A DNA stretch of 64,000 nucleotides, taken from an uncultured Spirochaetota bacterium. GTDB taxonomy: Bacteria; Spirochaetota; Spirochaetia; DSM-27196; DATKUC01. The position numbers were made by a program, and so were the translations under genes. The notes under the pieces are model-generated. The model was not told where the DNA came from, searched no databases, and saw nothing but the letters and a program-made list of their open reading frames with translations. The DNA lies in contig CAWHUY010000034.1 in the NCBI GenBank assembly GCA_963832675.1, positions 77,716 to 141,715 of the forward strand. Reading direction: 5' to 3'. Each line of letters begins with the position of its first letter. Positions within the stretch are counted from its first letter, which is position 1. Shown piece after piece: positions 9,172-17,523 of this stretch.

Positions 9172-9644
9172 GAGTCTCGAAAGCCTCCTCTCTCTATTTC
9201 CATAATCTTGTTTACCCGAACCATATGGCGGCCGCCGGCAAACCGCGTCTCCAGCCATGTCTTTGCCATGTCACAGAGCTGGTCCACCCCGTGCAACGGT
9301 CCGCCCATTGCCAGGACATTTGCATTGTTGTGTTCGCGGCTGTTCACTACCGTGCGCAGGTCGTAGCAGGTGGCCGCCCGGATTCCCTTTATCTTGTTGC
9401 ATGCAATGGCCGAGCCGATGCCTGCGCCGTCGAGCACAATGCCTCTTTCACAGGCGCCGCTCACTACTTTGCGGCATACCGCCACCGCGATGTCGGGGTA
9501 GTCGACCCTCTCCGGGCCGAAACATCCGACATCATGCACGCGATAGCCGACGGTCTCCAGACATCGCCGAAGCGCTTCTTTTTGCGTGAAGCTCGAATGG
9601 TCCGATCCCAGCGCGATGTGTTTGACATTGTCCGTCTCGTTCAC
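9150..9644 (-). CDS. rpiB: RpiB/LacA/LacB family sugar-phosphate isomerase
   Basis: IALGSDH, DYPD, GIVLDGAGIG, NSREHNNANVL, FAGGRH; start GTG 9644 (or ATG 9656). Confidence 0.88.
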   Translation of the reverse strand: MNETDNVKHIALGSDHSSFTQKEALRRCLETVGYRVHDVGCFGPERVDYPDIAVAVCRKVVSGACERGIVLDGAGIGSAIACNKIKGIRAATCYDLRTVVNSREHNNANVLAMGGPLHGVDQLCDMAKTWLETRFAGGRHMVRVNKIMEIERGGFRDSWNRTSS

Positions 9645-9660
9645 ACTCTTCTCCATGAGG

Positions 9661-9936
9661 TCACGACTCGACATCCACACGGTCGACAATTCCGCAAATT
9701 GCCGTTCGCACGGTTACCGCCTCCGCATCATCAATTACGAGGCGGGCAGAGCCTCCCTCGTCTACGACCAGCACGTGGTCGCCGATTCCGGCCTGGACAC
9801 CGTCTACCGCAAGCAACTGCTTGCCCTTCGGCAGACCGGCCGCATCAAGCGGCTGAACCACCATGATCTTCAGACCGGCATAGTGCGGGTGTTTTTCAGT
9901 GGAAACCACCGTTGCCACGACCCGTGCCAGCGTCAT
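9661..9936 (-). CDS. BMC vertex pentamer (EutN/CcmL family, BMC-P)
   Basis: LARVVATVVSTEK, AVDGVQAGIGDHVL, EGGSAR, ICGIVD. Confidence 0.92.
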   Translation of the reverse strand: MTLARVVATVVSTEKHPHYAGLKIMVVQPLDAAGLPKGKQLLAVDGVQAGIGDHVLVVDEGGSARLVIDDAEAVTVRTAICGIVDRVDVES

Positions 9937-10211
9937 CTCGGTTCCTCCCTGTTTACCGCGTCGACTACTCCGAGAATCGCCGCGTCGAGCGGATTGAACC
10001 AGCCATTGGGATTGGCCTGCGCGGCCTCCTTGCCGCTTTCGAAGCAGACGAGATCGCCTTCGCCGGCGCGAGCAGTGTCAAAGGCCGCGATCGCCGGACC
10101 CACATCGTGACCCTGCTCGTCAACCGGCTGCACGAGCAGGATTGCGAGGCCGTCCATGCTCTCGACTTTGTGCGCGCTCACCACCCTGCCAATAACGCGG
10201 CCAAGCTTCAT
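9933..10211 (-). CDS. BMC vertex pentamer (EutN/CcmL family, BMC-P)
   Basis: MKLGRVIGRVVSAHK, AFDTARAGEGD, LDAAILGVVD. Confidence 0.9.
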   Translation of the reverse strand: MKLGRVIGRVVSAHKVESMDGLAILLVQPVDEQGHDVGPAIAAFDTARAGEGDLVCFESGKEAAQANPNGWFNPLDAAILGVVDAVNREEPR

Positions 10212-10220
10212 ACCCGCCCC

Positions 10221-11669
10221 CTAGATGATTCGGAACGAATCGACAAGCGTACAGCGCCGTTCTCTGGTGAAAGTCCGCGCACGCGTTATCCCCTCGCCGG
10301 TCGGACTCGCGATGGTGAACGAGGTGTGGCCCGCGCCGCCCTCTCCGAGCCCGGCATAACAGGGACCGTTCTTCACAAAAAGAGAGCAGTTCATCACCTT
10401 TGCCATCTTCGAGAGCTTCTCGACATTGTGCGAGTGCATCATCGCCGTATGGCGAAAGCCGTGTTCAACCTGTACGGAAAAGGCGATCGCCTCGTCCACG
10501 TTTTTCATTCGAACAAGGGGGATGACCGGCATGAGCTGTTCGGTCCAGACAAGAGGATGCTCGCGTCCGACCTCACAGAGCAGAATGCGCGTCCCGACCG
10601 GCACGTCCAGGCTGATCGCACGCGCAATCTCTGCGGGACTCTTTCCAACGAACGCCTTGTTCGGTGCCCCCTCCCGGTCGGCTCCTCCCGGTTCGGCTAT
10701 GATCATCGGGGTAAGGCGCGCCGTCTGCTCGGCCGAGAGTTCGTACGCCCCGTTCCTCTTCATCTCCTCTTTCAAGCGGTCGGCAATCGTCTCCACCGCG
10801 AGAATTTCCTTCTCGCAGATGCAGACGATGTTGTGATCGAATCCCGCGCCGGCCACGATGTCGCGCCCGGCTTTCGAAAGGTCGGCCGTCTCGTCGACCA
10901 CGCAGCGGCGGATTGCCCGGGCCGGCACAGATCGCCTTCTTGCCGCTGTTCATCGCCGCCTTTACCACCGCCGGGCCGCCGGTCACAACGAGCACTGCAA
11001 CGCCGCGATGCTTCATCAGCTCGTTTGCCGAATCGATTGTCGGCGATTCGATCGCGGACACGAGATTCGCGGGCCCGCCCGCACCGGCAATCGCGGAGTT
11101 GATGAGCGACACGAGCCGGCAGGAGACTCCCTTTGCCGCCGGGTGTACGTTGAATACAACGCTGTTTCCCGCGGCGATCATCCCGATGCAGTTGGAGGTG
11201 ATAGTCGAAATGGGATTGGTCGTCGGCGTGATGGCGCCGATGACCCCGTAGGGCGCCCGTTCGGTCAGGGTCAGCCCGTGCTCATCGGTGACAACCGCCG
11301 ACTCCACGTCTTCACACGCCGGGAGTCTTCAACGCCGCGACGCGGTTCTTCACCATCTTGTCGGCAACGTTTCCAAGCCCGGTCTCCCTGACTGCATCCT
11401 GCGAGAGCGATTCATTCTCGGCCATGACCGCCGGTTCGAATCGCCTCGATCATCCTGCGCCGGGTGTCGAGCGGAAGCTGCACCAGCTCGCGCTGGGCTG
11501 TCGCAGCGGCGGAGACCGCCAGGTCTATGGTGCCAAAAATCCCCGGAGCCGGGGCGCCCCGTGGCGGCGCTGCATGTGCGGTTCTTCCGACGTCGATCAG
11601 AGACGTGAGGTCGTAGCTTGACAACACTTCCTGTATGATGGCCCGGATGTCGTCGGATGCTCCGTTCAT
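10221..11669 (-). CDS. CoA-acylating aldehyde dehydrogenase (EutE/PduP family) with encapsulation peptide; interrupted by three +1 frameshifts
   Basis: Fragments join as MNGASDDIRAIIQEVL.. / RETGLGNVADKMVKN..KTPG / PYGVIGAITPTTNP..VTGGPAVV..GPGNPP / VVDETAD..FDHNIVCICEKE..SFTIASPTGEG; extra bases near 11432, 11314 and 10905; about 481 aa when corrected. Confidence 0.88.
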
Positions 11670-11965
11670 TTCCTCTCTCCCGCTGCGTACATAATCGTTC
11701 CCGATTGATCGATGGTATCTACTGTCGCGATCACCAGCGTATCGATCGGCCGGTCCTCAGCTTCTCGGACCCATCGACAGGAACTCCCCTGGGTCAGCAG
11801 CACCATTTCGCCTCTGTTTGCACCGATGATGTCGAAGGCCACCAGGTATTCACCCCGGCCCTGCCCCTTTTGGTCGCACTCTTCAACCAGGAGATAGCGG
11901 GCGTTTGGAATGCTCTCCGCCCGCCTTTCTGCCACAACTGTTCCGGACACCCGCGCGAAGTTCAT
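11666..11965 (-). CDS. BMC vertex pentamer (EutN/CcmL family, BMC-P)
   Basis: FARVSGTVVA, AFDIIGANRGEMVL, QGSSCR, PIDTLVIATVD. Confidence 0.88.
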   Translation of the reverse strand: MNFARVSGTVVAERRAESIPNARYLLVEECDQKGQGRGEYLVAFDIIGANRGEMVLLTQGSSCRWVREAEDRPIDTLVIATVDTIDQSGTIMYAAGERK

Positions 11966-11969
11966 GCCC

Positions 11970-12275
11970 TCATCCTGCGTTCGAACTCTTGTTGTACACG
12001 AGCTCGCCGTCTTTCTCGATTTCGTCGACTATCGCGATGATGGTCGCATCCGAGGGCTTGCCCTTTGTTGTGTCGGTCATGCGTGCCGAGCTGCCGGTAA
12101 CGTAGAAGACGATTTCCCCCGCATTCGCGCCCACACTGTCGATCGCCACCGACCAGTCGCCTTTTCCTTTGAGCGTGACCGGATCGATCTTTTCTATGAG
12201 CAGGAGCTTGAGGCCGCCAAGCTGTTCGGCTTTTTGGGTGGAAACAACCGTGCCTTTCACGCGTGCCAGTACCAT
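11970..12275 (-). CDS. BMC vertex pentamer (EutN/CcmL family, BMC-P)
   Basis: LARVKGTVVSTQK, AIDSVGANAGEIV, GSSAR, DATIIAIVD. Confidence 0.93.
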   Translation of the reverse strand: MVLARVKGTVVSTQKAEQLGGLKLLLIEKIDPVTLKGKGDWSVAIDSVGANAGEIVFYVTGSSARMTDTTKGKPSDATIIAIVDEIEKDGELVYNKSSNAG

Positions 12276-12289
12276 TACACTAACCTGTG

Positions 12290-12598
12290 TTACTTTTTCG
12301 CACCGGACGGTTTTCTTCCCAGCGGAAGTGCCGCGTCCACGTTTCCATGCGGACGAGGAATTACATGGGTCGATACAATTTCCCCGACCTTCTCAGCTGC
12401 GCGGGTTCCTGCGTCAACCGCCGCACGGCAAGCCGCCACGTCGCCCCGAACAATCGCGGTCACATATCCACCGCCGATCTTTTCGAATCCAACGAGATCA
12501 ACTTTGGCCGCTTTCACCATCGCGTCGGCCGCCTCGACCATCGCGGTAAAACCGCGTGTTTCAATCATGCCCAGGGCATCGTTGTTCTGTTCAGCCAT
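12290..12598 (-). CDS. BMC shell hexamer (BMC-H, EutM/PduA-like)
   Basis: [43 protein letters not shown]. Confidence 0.96.
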   Translation of the reverse strand: MAEQNNDALGMIETRGFTAMVEAADAMVKAAKVDLVGFEKIGGGYVTAIVRGDVAACRAAVDAGTRAAEKVGEIVSTHVIPRPHGNVDAALPLGRKPSGAKK

Positions 12599-12614
12599 TC
12601 CCTATTTCTCCTCT

Positions 12615-13256
12615 TTATGCGTCATCCCGGCTGGCCGGTATTGATCGTCCCGGGAGACCTTCCAGCCGCGCTTCGACGATCTTCCGTCCCTCGAGCACTT
12701 CGGCTTCTTCACCCGATATATAGACACGGCCGAAACGACCGAATCCCTGGACGTCGATGATCTTGATCTTGGCGGTCTTTTCCGCCTCGTTGGCAGCGAA
12801 GTAGGCGTACCCGGCCGGCTCGAGCTCGAGCACGTAGAGCGTCTCGCCCCGCAGCAGCATGTTCCCGTAGCGGGTCTTGTTGATGAGCTGACAGTGATGG
12901 TCGGACATGTTCTTGATCAGCTGGCTGGTCAGAAGCCGCGGTTTCAGGCTGTCTTCTTCATTCTTGGAAAGCGCCTTGAGAACCGACTCTCCCGCCATCC
13001 GCGTGTCGCCCTGGCTGTCGGAGTGCACCTCCATCATTCCGTAGGAGCGTTCAACCACCTGGAGTCCCGGCGTCACGTTGGTGGCCTTAAGCGCAATGTC
13101 CATCAACCGGTTTATCTCGATCCCTGGTGCAATCTCGATGACGCAGCATGCCTGAAACGCGACCGGGAAATATCCCCGGGATATCGTCGACAGGTAGGAG
13201 GCCATCTGCGGTTGCAGGGAGTCGAGAACGACGTAGGTTCGCAAATCAATTGCCAT
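12615..13256 (-). CDS. BMC shell trimer (tandem domain, CsoS1D/CcmP-type double-stacking BMC-T)
   Basis: LRTYVVLDSLQPQ, EIAPGIEINR, QVVERSYG, PAGYAYFAANEAEK, GRFGR; 213 aa. Confidence 0.9.
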   Translation of the reverse strand: MAIDLRTYVVLDSLQPQMASYLSTISRGYFPVAFQACCVIEIAPGIEINRLMDIALKATNVTPGLQVVERSYGMMEVHSDSQGDTRMAGESVLKALSKNEEDSLKPRLLTSQLIKNMSDHHCQLINKTRYGNMLLRGETLYVLELEPAGYAYFAANEAEKTAKIKIIDVQGFGRFGRVYISGEEAEVLEGRKIVEARLEGLPGRSIPASRDDA

Positions 13257-13261
13257 GTTCG

Positions 13262-13564
13262 TTACTCCTTCCGATCGCTTCGGCCGAGCGGCAGAGCGCC
13301 GTCTACGGAGGCATGCGGCCGAGGAATGACGTGCGTCGAGACTATCTCACCGACTTTCTCGGCGGCGCGCGCGCCGGCGTCAACCGCTGCCCGACAGGCG
13401 GCAACGTCTCCCCGCACAATCGCAGTGACGTATCCGCCCCCTATCTGCTCGAACCCGATCAAATCAACTCTGGCTGCCTTCACCATTGCATCCGCCGCTT
13501 CGGTCATCGCGGCGAATCCCCTCGTTTCGATCATGCCGAGGGCGTCAAACATCGTTTCTGCCAT
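13262..13564 (-). CDS. BMC shell hexamer (BMC-H), first gene of the BMC operon
   Basis: [43 protein letters not shown]; GGAGG RBS. Confidence 0.96.
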   Translation of the reverse strand: MAETMFDALGMIETRGFAAMTEAADAMVKAARVDLIGFEQIGGGYVTAIVRGDVAACRAAVDAGARAAEKVGEIVSTHVIPRPHASVDGALPLGRSDRKE

Positions 13565-13646
13565 GCGTCCTCCTCTCCCTCAAGTTCCTGGTGCCCGCCG
13601 CGACCGGCGGCGGCCGATCAAACTCAATTCGTACGTGTTTATCAGA

Positions 13647-13675
13647 ACTCTAACATAATTCATGACGTTTGTCAA
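13647..13675 (-). promoter_or_regulatory. sigma70 promoter of the BMC operon with operator TGACAAACGTCA (13663-13674)
   Basis: Minus strand TTGACA-aacgtcatgaattatgt(17)-TAGAGT; same box and position as at 21-32 and 7392-7403. Confidence 0.8.
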
Positions 13676-13802
13676 TAAGGTGGAAGAAAATTTGTCTTCC
13701 GGCAGGTTTTTGGTCCGCGTTGCGGGTTTGGGACGGGAATAGATCAACCGAGTGGGTCAGCTCACGGGCCAGCGCGCGTGGGCGCGCCGCCGTGACCGCC
13801 GT

Positions 13803-14357
13803 CTACTTCTGAAAACGGGCTTCGGCGCTCTTTACGATGCTCTCGTAGCGGCGATGAATCAACTGCCGATCGTAGTCGAAGCCTTCCTGGAGCATGTCGT
13901 CGCGTTCTTCCTCGCTGAAATAGCGCATCGCGGGCTGGAAAAAATGGCGATCCTCCTTCTCGATGTGGACCGGATAGAAGTCGCGAAGTTGTTTCATGCA
14001 CTCTACGATAACCGCAATTGAATCGGTGTCGCCCTTTCGGTAGCGCGAATTCGCCTCCATCATCTTCCGGGTAAGGGCCCGCCCTTTTGCGTGATCCAGG
14101 ACAAGCTCCCGCATCATCATTTCGTCTTCGGCCGACAGATTCTTCTTGCCGAGTTCGCGGAACAGGATATCCTCCTCTTTGCCATGGTGACACCCATCCG
14201 CGTAGGAACGGATGAAGTCAACCGCCTCATCGATGAAATCGGGATCCGGGGTCACCCCGGCGTCGAGTCGGTCGGCTTCTTTCCCGATTTCGTCGATCAT
14301 CCTCTCGATAAGACGGTGCTCGATCATCATGGGCCCTACCGGCAACATTTTCCGCAT
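13803..14357 (-). CDS. Hemerythrin/HHE cation-binding domain protein
   Basis: EHRLI, HHGKEEDILF, DHAKGR, HIEKEDRHFF motifs. Confidence 0.85.
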   Translation of the reverse strand: MRKMLPVGPMMIEHRLIERMIDEIGKEADRLDAGVTPDPDFIDEAVDFIRSYADGCHHGKEEDILFRELGKKNLSAEDEMMMRELVLDHAKGRALTRKMMEANSRYRKGDTDSIAVIVECMKQLRDFYPVHIEKEDRHFFQPAMRYFSEEERDDMLQEGFDYDRQLIHRRYESIVKSAEARFQK

Positions 14358-14498
14358 ACCTTCCTCCTCTACGTTAGGTCTATGAACCCAACGTAACCAG
14401 GCGGTGAACTATTGTATGTCACATTTGTTACGCGCGAGCGCAGGAACTACGAAAAAAGCACCGGGCTCGGAAGGATCTTGTTCGGCCGGCGTCCCGGG

Positions 14499-14912
14499 TC
14501 ACCCTTTTCCGTTGAGCGAACCGGGTTTGCCACCCTCGACGACCGGCCCTTTCCATTTCCCGATCCGGCCGAAATTTGAAACCTCGGTAAAACCCTTCTG
14601 TTTGAGGGCAGCACGGGCAAAAACCGACCGGGAACCGGTGTGACAGTAAAGAACTATCAGCGCGGTTCGGTCTGCTTTTGGTGGTTTGGCACCAATGCGG
14701 TCGTGCGGAATGTTGATCGCGCCTGGAATATGACCGGACCGGTATTCCTCGGGAGTGCGAACGTCGACAAGCGTGAAAGGCCGCCCGCCGCTCTCCATCA
14801 GCTCGCGAAGATTCTCGTAAGTTCCCAGTCCGTTGCTTCCGGCTCGCCTGCGAAAGTAGGAAACGAGAAGATAGATGACGATGAGCCCGAGCACGGGCCA
14901 GAACCAGTTCAT
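14499..14912 (-). CDS. Membrane-anchored rhodanese-domain sulfurtransferase
   Basis: N-terminal TM helix, DVRTPEEY..GHIPGA, YCHTGSRS; ATG 14912 with GGAGG RBS. Confidence 0.85.
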   Translation of the reverse strand: MNWFWPVLGLIVIYLLVSYFRRRAGSNGLGTYENLRELMESGGRPFTLVDVRTPEEYRSGHIPGAINIPHDRIGAKPPKADRTALIVLYCHTGSRSVFARAALKQKGFTEVSNFGRIGKWKGPVVEGGKPGSLNGKG

Positions 14913-15023
14913 GAACGCCTCCAGTGCACAAGAAAAATCATTTGACACAAGATAACCAGAACGCGTCCGATCGGCGAGCAGCGGCAAGGCGAGCCTCCGT
15001 CCCGTTCGAGAACGCGCCCGATC

Positions 15024-16547
15024 TTACTTATTTCTGTCCCGGATGAGCGGAAGCATGACCCAGTTGCGGCCGTCGCGAGCGATAAGTGCCTCAGCATCCT
15101 CCGGGCCCCACGATCCGGCTGTGTAGTTGGGGAAGTCGACCGGAGGAGTGCCCTCCCACGCGTCGAGAATCGGCGTGATTACCTCCCAGGCGGCGTGGAC
15201 CTGATCCTCACGCATGAAGAGGCTGACATCCCCGAGCATGACATCGAGAAGAAGTGTTTCGTATGCTTCCGGCGGGTCAATCGTGTAGGCGTCGCTGTAG
15301 TTGAAGGTCATGTCCACCGGACTCAAAAGCATTTCCAGGCCGGGTTGTTTCCCCTGGAAACGGAGCCGGATACCGGCCTGTGGCTGGATGCTGATAATCA
15401 GCCGGTTGGGCTGCCAGCTCGCGATGGCCTTGGGCGGAAATGAGCGGTGCGGAACCGCTTCAAACTGAATCGTTATGACCGAGGCTTTTGACGGCAGGCT
15501 TTTTCCGGTCCGAAGATAGAAAGGAACACCCTGCCACCGCCAGTTGTCGACGAACAACTTCAGCGCGGCGAATGTTTCGGTCGGCGAGTTGGGGTCGACG
15601 CCGGGTTCTTCCCGATATGCGACCCGATTTGACCCGGCGACCCACCCGGAACCGTATTGTCCACGGACCGCGTAATCGCCCGCCTCGTCGCGCTGGTACT
15701 TGCGCATTGCATGAAGGACGTCGACTTTCCTGTTTCGCAGCTCATCGGCATCAAAGGAGACCGGCGGTTCCATTGCAATCAGGCAGAGCAATTGCAGGAG
15801 GTGATTCTGAATCATGTCGCGGAGCGCCCCTGCGCGGTCGTAGTAGCCGCCGCGGTGCTCGACCCCGACGTCTTCGGCGACGGTGATCTGAACGTGGTCG
15901 ATGTAGTTCCGGTTCCACAGCGGCTCAAACAGCGCGTTGGCAAACCGGAACGCGAGTATATTCTGAACCGTCTCTTTTCCGAGGTAGTGATCAATGCGGT
16001 AGATCTGGGATTCCCTGAAGTAGCTGCGAAGGAGCTTGTTCAGCTCCCGCGCACTTTCGATGTCGTGACCGAACGGTTTTTCGGCCACGATCCGGGACCT
16101 TTCGGGATCGCTGCACAGCCCCTGCGTTCCCAGCTGTTTTGCCACACCGGGGAGCAGCTGCGGGGGAATCGCCATGTAGAAGATCTGATTCGCCTCGATG
16201 TTCCATTTTCGTTGGAGGTCCTCGATATCCGCGCAGAGACCCTCGTAGGACTTCGGGGAGTTGAAGTCCGCATGACGGTACTGAATCCGGCGGGAGAGCT
16301 CGTCCCATTTGCTTTGATCCGGTTTCCCTCGGCGGGAGAACTTCTCGATGCCCTCTTCGAGCCGTTTCCGGTATTTAGCGTCGGACATCTCCTTGATGTC
16401 CACGGCAATCATCGCAAACTCCTCCGGAAGCCAGTCATCAAGGTGAAGGTTGTATAGCGCGGGCACGACTTTCCGCCAGGTCAGATCTCCCGCGCCGCCA
16501 AAAACCACCAACACCGATGACCCCGGTTTCATTTTGAGATTCGCCAC
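15024..16547 (-). CDS. zwf: Glucose-6-phosphate 1-dehydrogenase
   Basis: [44 protein letters not shown]; GTG 16547 with GGAGG RBS. Confidence 0.96.
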   Translation of the reverse strand: MANLKMKPGSSVLVVFGGAGDLTWRKVVPALYNLHLDDWLPEEFAMIAVDIKEMSDAKYRKRLEEGIEKFSRRGKPDQSKWDELSRRIQYRHADFNSPKSYEGLCADIEDLQRKWNIEANQIFYMAIPPQLLPGVAKQLGTQGLCSDPERSRIVAEKPFGHDIESARELNKLLRSYFRESQIYRIDHYLGKETVQNILAFRFANALFEPLWNRNYIDHVQITVAEDVGVEHRGGYYDRAGALRDMIQNHLLQLLCLIAMEPPVSFDADELRNRKVDVLHAMRKYQRDEAGDYAVRGQYGSGWVAGSNRVAYREEPGVDPNSPTETFAALKLFVDNWRWQGVPFYLRTGKSLPSKASVITIQFEAVPHRSFPPKAIASWQPNRLIISIQPQAGIRLRFQGKQPGLEMLLSPVDMTFNYSDAYTIDPPEAYETLLLDVMLGDVSLFMREDQVHAAWEVITPILDAWEGTPPVDFPNYTAGSWGPEDAEALIARDGRNWVMLPLIRDRNK

Positions 16548-16714
16548 GGGCACCTCCCTCTGCAAGAATTGCCGCTTTCGGACATGACCTCCCACGGATC
16601 GAACATGCGGTCGGCTGCAGGCATCAGTTTCATTACGCGCGGCATAGAACCTGAGCAACTGGCCCCCGCGCGGAGGAGAAGTGGGGCCTGACTGTGTGGA
16701 TACCGGTGCGCCAC

Positions 16715-17035
16715 TCAGGCACCTTCGACGGTCAGCTGAAGGGGATATCCCTCCTCCTTCGCCTTTTTTCGAGCCTCGTTCACCTTTGTCCACGCGATGT
16801 CAAACGTATAGACGCCCACCACCGAATGACCCGTCGTGTGCGCGGTGAGCATCGTCTTCCAGGCCGTGCTGCGGCTCTGGTGAAAGATCGTCATAAGGAC
16901 CTCGACGACGAACTCCTTGGGAGTGAAATCGTCGTTTAACAGGAGGACCTTGTACATCTCGGGTTCTTTGACATCCTGCCGCGGTTTCGTCTTGAGATCT
17001 GTTCCGGAATCGGGCGGTGACATCATGTCTCCCAT
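16715..17035 (-). CDS. clpS: ATP-dependent Clp protease adaptor
   Basis: [33 protein letters not shown]; ATG 17035. Confidence 0.92.
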   Translation of the reverse strand: MGDMMSPPDSGTDLKTKPRQDVKEPEMYKVLLLNDDFTPKEFVVEVLMTIFHQSRSTAWKTMLTAHTTGHSVVGVYTFDIAWTKVNEARKKAKEEGYPLQLTVEGA

Positions 17036-17112
17036 CGGCTGTCGCTCCTCTCCATATGGATAAGGTACGGGAGTGAACGGCCGCGGGGAAAGTACCTTAC
17101 AAAAGTTGTTGC

Positions 17113-17523
17113 CTATTTGCCTTTTATCAGATCCCCTTCCCATCTGCCGACGCCGCCGAAGTTCACGACGTCGGTGAATCCAAGGGTCAGGAGAGCGTCT
17201 CGCGCAATTGCGGCGCGGTGACCGCTGGCGCAGTAGGTGATGACGAGCTTGTTCCGGTCCCAGGTTGGCCGATTGGCCATTATCTGGTCATAGGGCAGAT
17301 TCTGCGCGGTTGGAATATGGCCCCCCGAGAACTCTTCGGCCGTCCGGACATCGAGCAGAATGTACTGCGACGAGTCACCGGTGATGAGAGCCGCCAGGTT
17401 CGAGGGATCGGTGTAGTCTCTGGTCTCGGATCGCGGTGCGGCCGTTGCACAGGCCGAAAACAGCAACGACAGAAGAACCACTTCAGCCGCGATGAAACGC
17501 CGATGACCGTTCGCTTTATTCAC
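17113..17523 (-). CDS. Rhodanese-domain lipoprotein
   Basis: Lipobox-like LFSAC, DVRTAEEF..GHIP, YCASGHRA. Confidence 0.8.
   Translation of the reverse strand: MNKANGHRRFIAAEVVLLSLLFSACATAAPRSETRDYTDPSNLAALITGDSSQYILLDVRTAEEFSGGHIPTAQNLPYDQIMANRPTWDRNKLVITYCASGHRAAIARDALLTLGFTDVVNFGGVGRWEGDLIKGK

Noticed and set aside
10905-11432. Programmed ribosomal frameshifting in the aldehyde dehydrogenase
   Set aside because: Three shifts would be needed, no slippery sites are seen, and similar indels occur in unrelated genes.
12330-13545. Long imperfect DNA repeat
   Set aside because: Explained by the two BMC-H paralogues; not a mobile element.
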